Shown here: one piece after another, positions 37,830 through 50,257 of the stretch
How the letters are laid out: each line of letters starts with the position of its first letter
Numbering within the stretch: position 1 is the stretch's first letter
From: Octopus bimaculoides
Taxonomy: Eukaryota
Reading direction: 5' to 3'
NCBI RefSeq assembly: GCF_001194135.2
Contig: NC_068996.1
Coordinates: 53,251,297 to 53,315,296, forward strand
DNA length: 64,000 nucleotides
Position numbers and translations under genes: made by a program
The notes under the pieces: model-generated
The model's input: the letters and a program-made list of their open reading frames with translations, nothing else
What the model was told of the DNA's origin: nothing
The model's database searches: none

Positions 37830-39341
37830 CAGTGGTTCTCAACCAGGGCAATTTTTGTTATAAACTAGTTATACTGGATCTGTTCAGTTTTGCTCACAGA
37901 TTTTTTAATTATTTATTTTTAACTAAACAGTTTGAAACTTTGTATACTGGTATAATTTCCCCTGCTGAACATAGTTTACTTTGAACATTTTTGACAAAAT
38001 TTCATATTTTAGAAGTTATTTCATGTTGAAGACGATGTATTGGGGGTAATTTTAACCAATCAATGACATGTATTCCGTTAAAGAAAGCTACTGCTGTTTG
38101 CAATAGTAATCGAAGAGGAACAATTTCCAGGTTATCTCTACTAAATGTCACCACTCTGTTCTATTCGTATGTCAGACAAAGGGCGAAGGGAAAGTGTTGC
38201 TCCTTGGTCATAGCTGACACAAAAGAGAAGTTTTCCACTGCAAGAAAGACGATGCCACCTTTATCCTTTCTAGTCAGCATTGTGCATTCCTTACTCTTTC
38301 CNNNNNNNNNNNNNNNNNNNNNNNNNNNNNNNNNNNNNNNNNNNNNNNNNNNNNNNNNNNNNNNNNNNNNNNNNNNNNNNNNNNNNNNNNNNNNNNNNNN
38401 NNNNNNNNNNNNNNNNNNNNNNNNNNNNNCCTGGAAGAAAAATCATATTTGTTTTATCTTCATGCTTTGATAATGTTATTTTTAATCTAATAAAAACTTT
38501 TATAGTGAAGAAATGTTTTTGTTGCTGATAAAAATCATAACAACAACCATACATCTCGTATTTGTAAAATAAGGCATTTTGAAACTACAAACACGTCAAC
38601 AACAAAAAAGCTAGGTGCAGACTTGTAGATCTCTTGGTCTTTTGAACATCGGTGTGCTTTATGTGTGGATAAAAACCAAATTTTTCCCCAAATTCAGCCC
38701 TGCGGCTTAAATACCAATGCGTTTTATAGACTGGAAAATAGGGTACTGCTGTATCGCTAACTACATGTCGGGCAAACAAATAAATATATGTAAATAATAT
38801 TTCTTCCTTCTTGGTATTGATTCTTTGAGGTTTACTGATTACTCCAACACGAGAACCCCCCACAAAAACATGTAATATGCAACACAGGCAGTAAACAAAA
38901 AATAAAATAGAACAGAGTGGTGACATTTTAGTAGAGATGACCTGGAAGTTGTTCCTCTTTGATTACTATTGCAAACAGCAGTAGCTTCCTTCAACTGAAT
39001 GCACTTTAACACAAAATAACTTCTAAAATACTAAATTTTGTCAAAAATGTTGAAAGTAAACCATGTTGAGAGTGAGAAATTACACCAGTATATGAAGTTT
39101 CAAACTGTTTAGTTAAAAAAAAAAATAATTGAAAAATCTGTGAGTGAAACTGAACAGATCTGTTATACTTCTAAAATACACAAAACATTAAAATTTTCTT
39201 TTAATAAAATTCCTAACAATATTTAATTATAAAGGTATAATACGATTTTTCAAACACTGAATGGCTATGGGGTAGGTGGACCCGTCTACGTAAACTAGGA
39301 ACCAATGGGGTCTATAAGTCAAAAGTGGTTGAGAAGCACTG
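37830..39341. mobile_element. hAT (Charlie-like) non-autonomous element hosting the MULE-like insertion
   Basis: 15-bp TIRs CAGTGGTTCTCAACC and CAGTGCTTCTCAACC (1 mismatch). The target duplication is not clearly preserved. Confidence 0.55.
37876..39161. mobile_element. Non-autonomous long-TIR DNA transposon (MULE-like)
   Basis: Inverted arms 37876-38165 and 38906-39161, flanked by the 8-bp direct repeat GTTATACT (37868-37875 and 39162-39169). Confidence 0.75.
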
Positions 39342-39804
39342 ATTAAATGGATTTGCAGATGACACATACCAGAGTTCAATTCACTCAGGAATTAAACAAA
39401 AACAGTTACTTCGATGAAAATAGATCTTTAAAATCTCTTCTATCAGGGATGCAAAAAAAAAAAAATCTTGCTCAAGAGCACTAAAATGAAAAGATATCTC
39501 AAAGAAACAAATCCACAAAAGTTTATTCCTTATTCTTTTACTTCTTTTATTGGCTTCAGTGACTAGACTGGGCCATGCTGGGGCACTACTGTCAAGAGCA
39601 TTTTTAAAAGTCCTCCACTCAGCTCATTTGTGTTGTGTTGTAATTGACAAAAGTGAGATATGATAATTTAGTTAGGTGCAAAATATTTTGTTTTTCTCAG
39701 GACAGCTACATCCACATCAACGTAAGAAATATAAAGTCTAGTGAAGATTGTATTATATTCTAGCTTAATTTTAAACCTTAAAAACAAAATGTTTAGAACA
39801 ATAC

Positions 39805-40012
39805 CTTTCTGCTTTTCTGATCTTTTCCTCCTCCTCATCCTCCTCCTCCTCCTCTTCATCCTCTTCTTCACTTCCTTCTTCAGATGATTCAGAAGACTCT
39901 TCTGATACATCATCAGTGTCTTCTTCAGTGCTCTCTTCACTACCATCATCATCATCATCGTCGTCATCATCTTCATCATCGTCATCATCATCGTCATCAT
40001 CATCATCTGAAG
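39805..40012 (-). CDS. SETD1: SETD1 exon, Asp/Glu/Ser-rich acidic tract
   Basis: 208 nt, phase 1/2, ttgtag|CT and AG|gtattg. The poly-D/E frame fits the SETD1 acidic region; the ORF-track frame here is a different, spurious one. Confidence 0.87.
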
Positions 40013-41811
40013 CTACAAATGTTCATAGAATATAGCAGCATACTACCAACAACTGTACTGTAAGCCATAACAAAAATATAACTGCCATATTCAATTGAGA
40101 TTAATACACACTATTTTACCAAAATTTCAAACCTGAAAATTAAGCACCACATCATACTCAGAAACAATATGTTATTTTCCTCATTTCCTAGTGCATGGTC
40201 ATCCATGTAAAGTGAAAGGAAGTTATAAATTTTGTCCAAGCTGATAAATTACAAAGAGTTTAAAATCACTATAATAATGTTACCTTTTCTTAAGATTGTG
40301 ATAATACAACATAAGAAATCATATTGGTCATTTAGTACTATAGGTCTATACAAGATACTTTCTTGAGACGAATACCACAGTTGTGTGGCTTTCTACAGTA
40401 TATCCATGTTAAGTATGATGTACAGAATGCTATTCTGAACCAATACCGCTTTCGTCATTAATGACAAATTTTTGCCCAGCCCACCAGCTATTTGCAGTAC
40501 CAGTGATTTGTTAATCATTGTTTTTCTATATCAATAGAAACTAAATTTGTCTAAATGTGGTTGCTCATGGATGCTTGCTACTGATGATATGCAAACACAC
40601 AGAAATCCAGATTTAACAATCCCACTGCATAATTTCCATCTGCTACTGATACATTATTTTGCTGTGTAGCACTTTACATCTATATGAGGTGTTTTCTCAA
40701 GAGGAATACTGCAGCTGTGTGGTTTTCTACCAGTTACCCATCTTAAGATAGATAGAATGCTATTTTGAAATTACATTTCTTTTTCCATCGCTAATAACAA
40801 AACATCAAAAAGATACAGAAGCAAAATGTAAAACTGATATGAAAACAACGAAAGGCTGACATGTATGGACAAAGTTATGGAAGTAACAGAAAAAGTTTTC
40901 AGCAGACTTGATTAAGAAGAGAATTCACTTTGATGATGATCTTATGGCAGGGTTTGTAGAAGATTTAAAAAATTCCATATGTAGAAACAAAACTTAGAAT
41001 CAAAATATCTCAGGGTAAACTTATCATAAGGTTTAGTAAGAAGATAGTCAGGGAAATTGTTGTGCTCAATCTGTAGAAAAAATTCCACAGTGTGCCCTAC
41101 ATGATCTATGGATGCACAGAGCTATAGGGAAATCAAAGGCAGGGTGACAGTGAATAAAGACTTTACCTGTGGTAGATATACAGGAGTGAGGCCTCAGAGA
41201 AGTAGTAAAGTGAATTCTTTGCAAGGCTTAGAGAGCTTCTATAGTGGGGAGAAGGTGTACGGAAAGCAGAGTTATTAGAATAAGCATAGGAGGGAAAGTT
41301 CAAAAAGTTAATAAGGAGAGGTAATACAATCCTTGAGATAATACCTTTGAACAAAAGATAGACTGTAAGATGAAGTGTTATGTTGCATAGTAGTGAGATA
41401 TGGGAGTGGCTGCTGATGCCAGGAACTTAATGAGGCAGACATCATTCACTAAACATGTAATGTTGCTGTGCATCAACACCAAGGAATAAATGAACTGAAG
41501 TGGTATGGACATGTAATGTGTATGGGGATGGTGAGAGGTGGGTGTAAAAGTGCAAGAAGATCCATGTGGAAGGATCCCATGGAAAGAGGAAACCAATGAA
41601 GACATAAACAGAAGTGGTGAGTGCAGATCTCAGAAAGCTGAACCTCACAAAAGGATGTGCTGGGATACAGTGGTGGAGAGGACTAGCCCAACCAATAAAA
41701 ACATTGAAAAAAAGGAAAATTATAATCTTCCTCTTTATCCTCAAGGAGGAGGAGGAGCTGACATTGATGATCCTTTCAAACAAATTATGGTATATTTAAC
41801 AATATCCTTAC

Positions 41812-41904
41812 CATCAGATTTCTCATCTTCACTCGCAGATTCTTCACCACTGCCAAAATGCTTCTTTTTCAATAGAGATTGACAAACAATATTATTATCG
41901 TCAT
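41812..41904 (-). CDS. SETD1: SETD1 exon (DDDNNIVCQSLLKKKHFGSGEESASEDEKSD)
   Basis: 93 nt, phase 1/1, ctttcag|AT and G|gtaagg. Confidence 0.82.
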
Positions 41905-42399
41905 CTGAAAGAAAAGATGCAAACATTTTTTTGCAATTGTAGATTTACAATTAAATATCTTTTATGCTAAAAATTGGGAAAAAAATACAGCAATTGTATC
42001 TTTCAGCTTACAAAAGAACAATATTAAATCTTAAATGTCCTACATAGTTTCCTTATTCGATTTACTATTAATGCTTGTACCACTTTTTGTATTTGCCTCT
42101 TTGTTGATTTTACTAAATGCAGGCTCACACTATCTATTATATTTGGGTTTCAAAAACTCCTCTCAGTTATGCTACACCTCTTTCATTTTGTTGTTAGTCA
42201 GAACAAGTGCATGATGTCTTTTGACAAAATAAAGTCCTGAATCATCATGGTTTCTATTCTGAATTATTTCATGGGTCTTATTCTTACAGCGTAGATATTC
42301 AAAAATAAATCCTCTATGCTCTGTGTATTTTCAAGCTAAATAAACCATAACATTTACTTTTATCTTGGTACAACTCTTCTCCATATTTTTTTCCTCTTC

Positions 42400-42800
42400 T
42401 TCCATGGACAGTCAGATATTCCCTATAATTTGAACTGCTTCTCTAATCCATGTGTGGCTTTGTTCATAGAATTTCTAAGTAGTTTCCGGACACTTGCAGT
42501 TTAAGGAGAAAACCTCTATGGCTATTTTGAAATTGACTTTTACAAAATCATTTTCCATATTTTCCTTTTGCCAGTTCTTGAAACCTGGGTTCTAACTTCA
42601 ATACATTAGTAAACGAGCTAAGCTAGAATCCAGGTAAGATTTTACTTCAATGTTTATCTTATAACAAAGGACGAACACTACAAATAATAATTTGAATTCT
42701 TTAGATTCTTTGGTAGTAGTTGTGACTTCAAAGTGTTGGCAGTTTTCCTTTTGTATCTTCTTGAACTTGTAGCAATATGTAATCAATAGCAACCTCGTCA
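42400..42800 (-). mobile_element. Possible decayed hAT transposase N-terminus (TTF-type zinc finger region)
   Basis: The PGFKNWQK fragment resembles the GF.NWK motif; otherwise heavily degraded. Confidence 0.25.
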
Positions 42801-43490
42801 ATGATGTTTCAAAATGGTGAGGTCAATGGCACATCATTCTCTATTCAAAATGACTAAAAAATACCATTTTTGTGAAATTAAAAGAATTTACTAAACCAAA
42901 GGATGTTCCTAACGTCATTCAACACATTTGTTCACATTCAAGAATTACTCCTTTGACAGGAGTACCAAACAGCTGAAATTCATAGATTATATGCACAGGT
43001 ATAGCTGTGAGGTAATAGGTTTGCTTCCCAACTACATGGTTCCAGGTTCAGTCTCACTGCATGGCAACTTGGTCACGTGTCTTCTACAATAGCACCAGGT
43101 CAACCAAAGCCTTGTGAGTAGATTTGGTTTACAGAAACTGAAAGAAGCTTGTCATGTGTCTGTCTGCCTGTCTCCCACCATTACTTTTTTTCCCCCTAAA
43201 GGAAGGGGAACTTTTTGTTGCAAATAGACTCATGTAGAAAAGTAATTAATACCAACCAGTGTGAAACTCTACTAGTAATTAAGTACAAACTTCCTATTTT
43301 AAAGTAATCTAATTTAAAAAAAAAAAAAACATCCACTAAAATTTAATATTAGTTTATATTTCAAACACCAGCTTAATTATTTTTACAAAACTGATTATTT
43401 TCAAAATTAATTGAAATCTCAGGGCAGTGTTAGTTTATCTGAAATATGGTAAGAAAATGGGCTAAATATTTAAAGATTAAATGGTTTTAC

Positions 43491-43584
43491 CAGAATCATC
43501 TTCAGCATTTGATGCAAATGATTCAGCTGCTTTACTGTCTTCATCATCAGGAGGTGGTGGAGATGGTGGGCGGAACACTTTTTT
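43491..43584 (-). CDS. SETD1: SETD1 exon (KKVFRPPSPPPPDDEDSKAAESFASNAEDDS)
   Basis: 94 nt, phase 0/1, caacag|AAA and G|gtaaaa; frame-compatible with both neighbours. Confidence 0.85.
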
Positions 43585-45072
43585 CTGTTGGAAGTAGAAA
43601 CAGGACATCAAATTGCATCATTAATAAAAACAACAAAGAAAGAATCTGACAAGACATGCAAGGTTTTATCAGAGGAGAGCAGGAAGAATGCCAGGACACA
43701 CAAGAATTCCAGTGCATCCTACAAAAATTGCAGTGTTTTACAATTTTTCCATGAAAGAAAATACTTCATAATTTTTTCTTAAAGAAACCTAGGCCTCCTA
43801 GAGGGAATGACAAAGGACTAGGATCATTGGAAGTTAGATATCTTTGAATACTGTTCTCCTTTTGTTACCACTTTTAATGTTTTTCTTGCTTATCCATTCA
43901 TATTGTTCCCTCTGCCCACATGTTACACTGATCATGACTCCTCTTTATGAACAAATCATCTCCCCTCATGCACAATGTCTGCCTCTCCTCCCACCACTCA
44001 TCTCTCTCCTCTCTCTTGTATTCTCCCTGTCAACTGTATCGTCTTAACTATCCTGATAATCTCTCCCCCACTCTCTTCTGCATCCCTCTACCTCCTCCAA
44101 CTCATCATCCATCAACTTTTGTCTACCCACCTTACATCCACACATCAACAACCTATCCTATACCCCCCCCTTCTCTCATTTCCCCTTTCTCTTACACCTC
44201 CCAGACCCACACACCTAGTTCCACTGTTCCCGCTCACTTCTACTCATCTCATACCTCCAAGGGACACCTCACCACCACTATTTATTTCCTTGCAGCCCTC
44301 TCTCTCTCTTCCGAGTGTGAGTAGCTAAGTACCTCGTCTACAACAAGAACCTGGTCTGCTCCTACTTGATACTTTTCTAACTCTTCATCTAGCATAAAGC
44401 TGATACCCACCTTCTCAGAATTTCAAGTTTTGCATGTTATTTGGCAACCTCACTAGTGTTGATGGCATGACAAAAAAGCACCCAGTACATGCTGTAAAGT
44501 GAATAACAGTAGAAAGATCATCCAACTACAGAAACAATGCCAAAGCAGATTCTGGAGCATGATGCATTCCTTGGGGGCCACCCTATGCTGTGAAACCATC
44601 CAAACCATGCCAACACGAAACATGGATGTTAAATGATATCGATAATATAATGATGATCTGATAATTTAGATTTCTCAAAAAATGCTCTATTTTCAAATTT
44701 ACCTCAATTTTGATTATTTTGGAAAAAAAAAAAAAAAAACTTGTAATTTTAATTTACCTGTAAGGTGACAAATTCTGCTAATGTATAGTGGTTCCTTTCA
44801 TCTCTATGGCACGTATTCTTAATTTAGTAGTTTTCTTCAAACATTTTAACAAATTCCAGTATTTTATACTATTTTACTATTATGTGTACTTGTCTATATG
44901 TATTCCAAATCAGTTAGAAATTCATTGATGTTCTATACTACAATTATGTTTCTTTTTTTTAATTGTTTTGAATATTGGGCTAGTAGCTCATTTTACATAT
45001 TGATACCTAATCCAAAAGTTTAACTATTTGCAATAATATCGAGAACAAATTAAGAAAAGAGAACCAATTTAC

Positions 45073-45330
45073 CTTAAAAGAGGGCATTCTAGGCATCACA
45101 CCTCGGATTCCAAGAAATCCACCACCGTGCGTACCATTATAATGTCCTTCAAATCCTCCATCTTGTCGCCAGGGATGTTGTGTTTCAAATAAAGATGCTA
45201 ATGCTGAATTAACTTCATTCTTTGATGAAATTTGATTAGCCGTCTGTGGTAAATTATTTGGTTTTGTGTTTTTAACAGGAGAATCTTTAATTAAAGGTAC
45301 CTTCTCATTTTGGTTATTTTCTTTCTGAAA
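45073..45330 (-). CDS. SETD1: SETD1 exon ending GFLGIRGVMPRMPSFK
   Basis: 258 nt open frame, phase 0/0, donor AAG|gtaaat. P.MPSFK is conserved in SETD1. An alternative in-frame acceptor would start the exon at 45324. Confidence 0.88.
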
Positions 45331-46163
45331 CTAAAATATACCAGAAAAATAAGTGGAGATCTTATTCTAACGAAATACTCTGAATAAAATTACAAAATCC
45401 TTTCGTGAAACCAGAACAAATCCTGGTCAAATCTGGGAGAGAATATTTTTAAAATAAGGCAAAAGACATTACTTAAGGTAAGGAATGTGTTGTAATTGCA
45501 GCCATTTAACATTTAAACTGACCATATCTGGCCAAAATTTTCTTTATGTTCAAATTGACCAGATCTATCCCCTCACGCCTACCCTACAATGTCATTCTAA
45601 AAATAAACAACCACAGCATGAAAATCTCAAAGTTATGGTATACTCTTTTACTCGTTTCAGTCATTTGACTGTGGCCATGCTGGAGCACTGCCTTTAGCCG
45701 AACAAACCGACCCCAGGACTTATTCTATCGGTCTCTTTTGCCGAACCGCTAAGTTACGGGGACGTAAACACACCAGCATCGGTTGTCAAGCGATGTCNNN
45801 NNNNNNNACACACACACACACATACATACGACAGGCTTCTTTCATTCTTTCAGTTTCCATCTACCAAATCCACTCACAAGGTTTTGGTTGGCCCGAGGCT
45901 ATAGTAGAAGACACTTGCCTAAGGTGCCACGCAGTGGGACTGAACCCGGAACCATGTGGTTGGTTAGCAAGCTACAAGCATTTCATTTGACCAAGTAATC
46001 TGAATGTTGAAGGGTTACGTTTAACTGAACACAAAACATTACCCACCAATTAGCAATTTTATACACGTTTTCACAGAGGATTCGAAACAAATGATGCCAC
46101 TTGTATCACAGTAACATTCGTTTCCAACGATCACATGATGTCAAGATAAGGAGACACCAACTG

Positions 46164-46217
<54 letters not shown>

Positions 46218-46686
46218 TGGGATCTTATTCTAAGCATAAAATACTAAGTTGTCATCTAATCTGGAACAGAAAATTTTAAAGAATGCCAATCAAAGAGAAA
46301 TAAGATTTTGCTAGATTTATTTAATGTTAGTATTAAGCTTCATTTAAGATTGCTTTAAAGTAATCTTAAAACTAATATTCTTCCACATTTGCTGACCAAA
46401 GCCTTGTGGGTAGAATTGGTAAATAGAAACTGAAAGAAGACTGTCATATACATGTATGTATGTGTGGGTGTGTGTGTGTGTTGATATCTCATCATCCTGA
46501 TATCATGATTGTTGTAAACAAGGGCCACTTTCTTCCATGAAAAACATGTCTGGCCATAAGAAAATATTGCCCTGCTTGCAAGTAGGTAAAGGTTGGCAGC
46601 AGGAAGGGCATCCAGTTGAAGAAAATTTGCCTCTACAAATTCCAACAAACACATGTAAGCATGAATAAGTGTACATTAAGATGACA

Positions 46687-46717
<31 letters not shown>

Positions 46718-47170
46718 ATTTCATGTTTTACATTGTTTTTACACTTTTCCCTTGTCATTTCTAAATCCTGATTTTGTGCTCTTGAATTGCCTAAAACAGT
46801 TTTCAAGTATTCATATATTTTTTCCTTTCAAAATCAAATCGCATTAGTTTCACTCAGTAAAGACCTGCTTCCTCTAAACTCTTTTGCACCCTGTTTTTTT
46901 TTTCTTGTGACGAAGATCACCATCATCATCATCATTTGTCTCCCACTTTTCCATGCTTGCATTGATCAATCAGAATTTGCTGAGGTAGGTTTCCTGCAAC
47001 TGAATGCTCTTTCTGTCACCAACCCTCACCTGTTACAAAGCAAGCTAACATTTCTCCATCACCCGACATACTTTTCACAAAAGACCAGAAATTAACAGCA
47101 CTTCAATGTTTACAACCACAACATGATGTCAACACAAGAGTGTACATGCACACACACATGTATGTATCCT

Positions 47171-47225
<55 letters not shown>

Positions 47226-47819
47226 NNNNNNNNNNNNNNNNNNNNNNNNNNNNNNNNNNNNNNNNNNNNNNNNNNNNNNNNNNNNNNNNNNNNNNNNNNN
47301 NNNNNNNNNNNNNNNNNNNNNNNNNNNNNNNNNNNNNNNNNNNNNNNNNNNNNNNNNNNNNNNNNNNNNNNNNNNNNNNNNNNNNNNNNNNNNNNNNNNN
47401 NNNNNNNNNNNNNNNNNNNNNNNNNNNNNNNNNNNNNNNNNNNNNNNNNNNNNNNNNNNNNNNNNNNNNNNNNNNNNNNNNNNNNNNNNNNNNNNNNNNN
47501 NNNNNNNNNNNNNNNNNNNNNNNNNNNNNNNNNNNGAGCCCAGACCAGTGCCATAGAAGACACTCGCCCAAAGTGCTGTGCATTGGGACTGAACCTGAGT
47601 CCACATGGTTAGGAAGCAAGCTTTTTAGCCATAAAGCTACACATGCATCTTTAAATATCAATAAGAAAAATTAAATTAAAAAAAAAAAACTAAAGCTCTT
47701 TCTGTTTCCCAATTCCTGCCAGCAATTTACGCAATTTATAAATTTAGTGATTAAACCATTTTGTATAACAGTATGTTTAATGATCTGTTATAGTTTATTA
47801 CAACTTTGTGTGAACACAC

Positions 47820-47856
<37 letters not shown>

Positions 47857-48010
47857 GACAATATTACTTGCATTAGAAGAAGTACTTCAATAAGTGAAAA
47901 TACAGCTGTCATCTTCCTCCTCGCATCCAACAGTTCATATTGAACCAATCAATTCATTTCCATCCAACAGAAACACTGTTCTTGTATTTAACATATAAAG
48001 CGTGACGGAC

Positions 48011-48126
48011 CATGATTGTGGCCATCAGGCATAGGTCAACAGGTCATGATTGTGGCCATCAGGTATAGGTCAACAGGTCATGATTGTAGCTGTCAGGCAT
48101 AGGTCGACAGGCGATGATCGTGGCCC
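48011..48126 (+). repeat. 34-bp tandem repeat, about 3.4 copies
   Basis: Unit CATGATTGTGGCCATCAGGCATAGGTCAACAGGT. Confidence 0.9.
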
Positions 48127-48427
48127 AGATAGATGCATTTAATTTACGGACACTTGTTGGGGTCTAATGTCAATCAAATGCTCCGATATCCCCCAGAATG
48201 CAAGAGGACCAATAGTTCAACTAATGACTTTTCGGATGATGTAAAACTTGTCACCATTATATACTAAGAAGATATTTAAACTATTTTTTTGCTTTTTATG
48301 TGTGCACGGTAGTTCTCATTTTCATAAAATGTGCTCAGCAGTCCATGCTACGTAAGAGCAAATCCCAGCGCTTTATAAGTTAATGCCAAAATCTCACTAC
48401 CATGCAGCAGCAGCATCTTTATACATA

Positions 48428-48886
48428 CCGTAAATCCTCGAATATAATCCGCATTTCCCCCCCAAAATTTAAAGGTCAAAATCCCTAGTGCGTACTATAT
48501 ACGAGGTTAAAAATGAGAAATATTTTCTAAGCAATGTCCGAGTCTCTATTTGCTGTCCGGCAATGTTTATTCAGACGCATTTTGTGATGTCAGGCTTGTA
48601 ACTGATAGTGATAAATATGTAAAGGCAATTTACTTAATATTTATTTTTCACTGTTATTTCTTTATTTTCTGCAAACAAAGTGCACAAAAAGCTACACGTT
48701 TGCATTATGTTATATATACAATAATAATAAAGGACGTTACCGTATATACGTTAACAAACTAAGGACGTTATATATACCTCCTTCACTCAAGTTAGAGAAG
48801 GGGTGTGTAGGTTTTTCAGAGGTACAGCCCCCTAAAAATCCCCTGTGTATTATACTCAAGGGTGGACTATACTCGAGGATTTACGG
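48428..48886. mobile_element. Tc1/mariner (pogo/Tigger-like) MITE
   Basis: TA on both sides; 23-bp TIRs CCGTAAATCCTCGA(A/G)TATA(A/G)TCC. A related partial copy lies at about 14985-15100. Confidence 0.8.
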
Positions 48887-49780
48887 TACCACATATACAA
48901 ATTATTTTTTTCCCTTTATTTTTGATACTCTTCAGAAAAAGAATGGAAAAGAGTATAGATCTTAAAAGAAGTTCTAAGTCTTAAAGAGAAAAAAATTGAC
49001 CCTTTTGTAGCAAACCCTGGCAATTCCTTGAACTTTCTTATTCTACATACAGAATCTACATTACAACCACAAACTGAGTGAACTTCTTTGGTTTTGCCTT
49101 GTTAGAAATAACAGCCACATTCCTTCACATTACACACAACTGTCTTTAAAAAAAAAGTATAGACACATTAGACAATAGGTCGTAGGCAAACAAAGGATAG
49201 GATGCCATGTATCGAATGCCTTTGCTTACAGGTCTACTCACACAGGGTTAACCCTGGGCTAAACAACAAAAACAATGTTGCAACCATGAATTAATTATAT
49301 AACTAATTATACTGTTTTGAGATTTGGGATAAGCTGTCCTGGGTAAATGTTTGGGAGGAATTTAGGAAGGTCAGAGCTGAAATGCTTTTCATCCTCGGTT
49401 TGCTCAAAAATGGCACTACAAGAATTCTCAACTTAAAATATGAGACATGAGATAGAAACTTTAGTGAATGATGAATAACTTCATCAGGATAAAAAGGCAC
49501 ATGCCTTTTCAATGTAACAGTTTAAATAATAACTAGACCGGTCAAACTGTAAGGATTTTGATAAAAATTGACAGTTAAGACTTTTAAGATGAAACCAAAG
49601 AAGCTGTTCATATGATGCATCCAAATGGAAATTAAAAAGAAAATAGTTATCAAATTACTCCCCTTGAAAAACTTAGATACCAAGTTACCGTTTCCTATTA
49701 TTTGTGAAAAATTTCTTTGAAATGTTAAAATGTGAATATTACAAACAATGATCGATATTTAGTTTCTTTTATTTATTTTT

Positions 49781-50150
49781 TTACTTGTTTCAGTCATTTG
49801 ACCGTGGCCATGCTGGAGCACTGCCTTTAGTCGAACAAATCAACCCCAGGACTTATTCTTTGTAAGCCTAGTAGTTATTCTATCAGTCCCTTTTGCTGAA
49901 CCGCTAAGTTAAGGGGACGTAAACACACAAGCATCGGTTGTTAAGCAATGTTGGGGGGACAAACACAGACACACACACACATATATATATACAACAGGCT
50001 TTTTTCAGTTTCCGTCTACCAAATCCACTCACAAGGCTTTGGTTGGCCTGAGGCTATAGTAGAAGACACTTGCCCATGGTGCCATGCACTAGGACTGAAC
50101 CCGGAACCTTGTGGTTGGTATGCAAGCTACTTACCACACAGCCACTCCTG
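49781..50150 (-). mobile_element. tRNA-derived SINE, family with internal TG/TA microsatellite (other copies at about 951-1118 +, 1133-1360 -, 11375-11535 -, 42993-43170 +, 45640-45975 -, 61950-62300 -, 62662-63075 -)
   Basis: Head GGAGTGGCTGTGTGGTAAG...GGTTCAGTCC has A/B-box-like motifs. Near-identical copies recur through the window. Confidence 0.85.
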
Positions 50151-50257
50151 ATATTCAAAATAAGAATAATTATTTAATAAGGAGCTAAAAAAGGAAGAAA
50201 TATTACCACCATTAATGCAAAATAAATAAAAGGAAAAGTTGTAACGCTAGAACATAC

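Noticed and set aside
39668-40006. 112-aa poly-Met ORF in the track
   Set aside because: It is the wrong frame of the poly-Asp/Glu exon.
40360-40775. Imperfect direct repeat of about 70 bp (about 40370-40440 and 40704-40770) as LTRs
   Set aside because: No TG...CA ends, primer-binding site or coding remnant; more likely an internal duplication of an old repeat.
44758-44817. Possible 60-nt in-frame exon (NTCHRDERNHYTLAEFVTLQ) with a good CAG|gtaaat donor
   Set aside because: The acceptor is AAG with no polypyrimidine tract, the peptide has no SETD1 similarity, and the gene model is complete without it.
47103-47674. Long ORFs spanning N runs (also 18583-19145, 31762-32257, 2036-2316, 38063-38554)
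   Set aside because: They are artefacts of assembly gaps.
47870-47990. Mariner transposase DDD-region remnant (CW...LVQYELL..R.MTA)
   Set aside because: Too short and degraded to support by eye; needs an HMM search.
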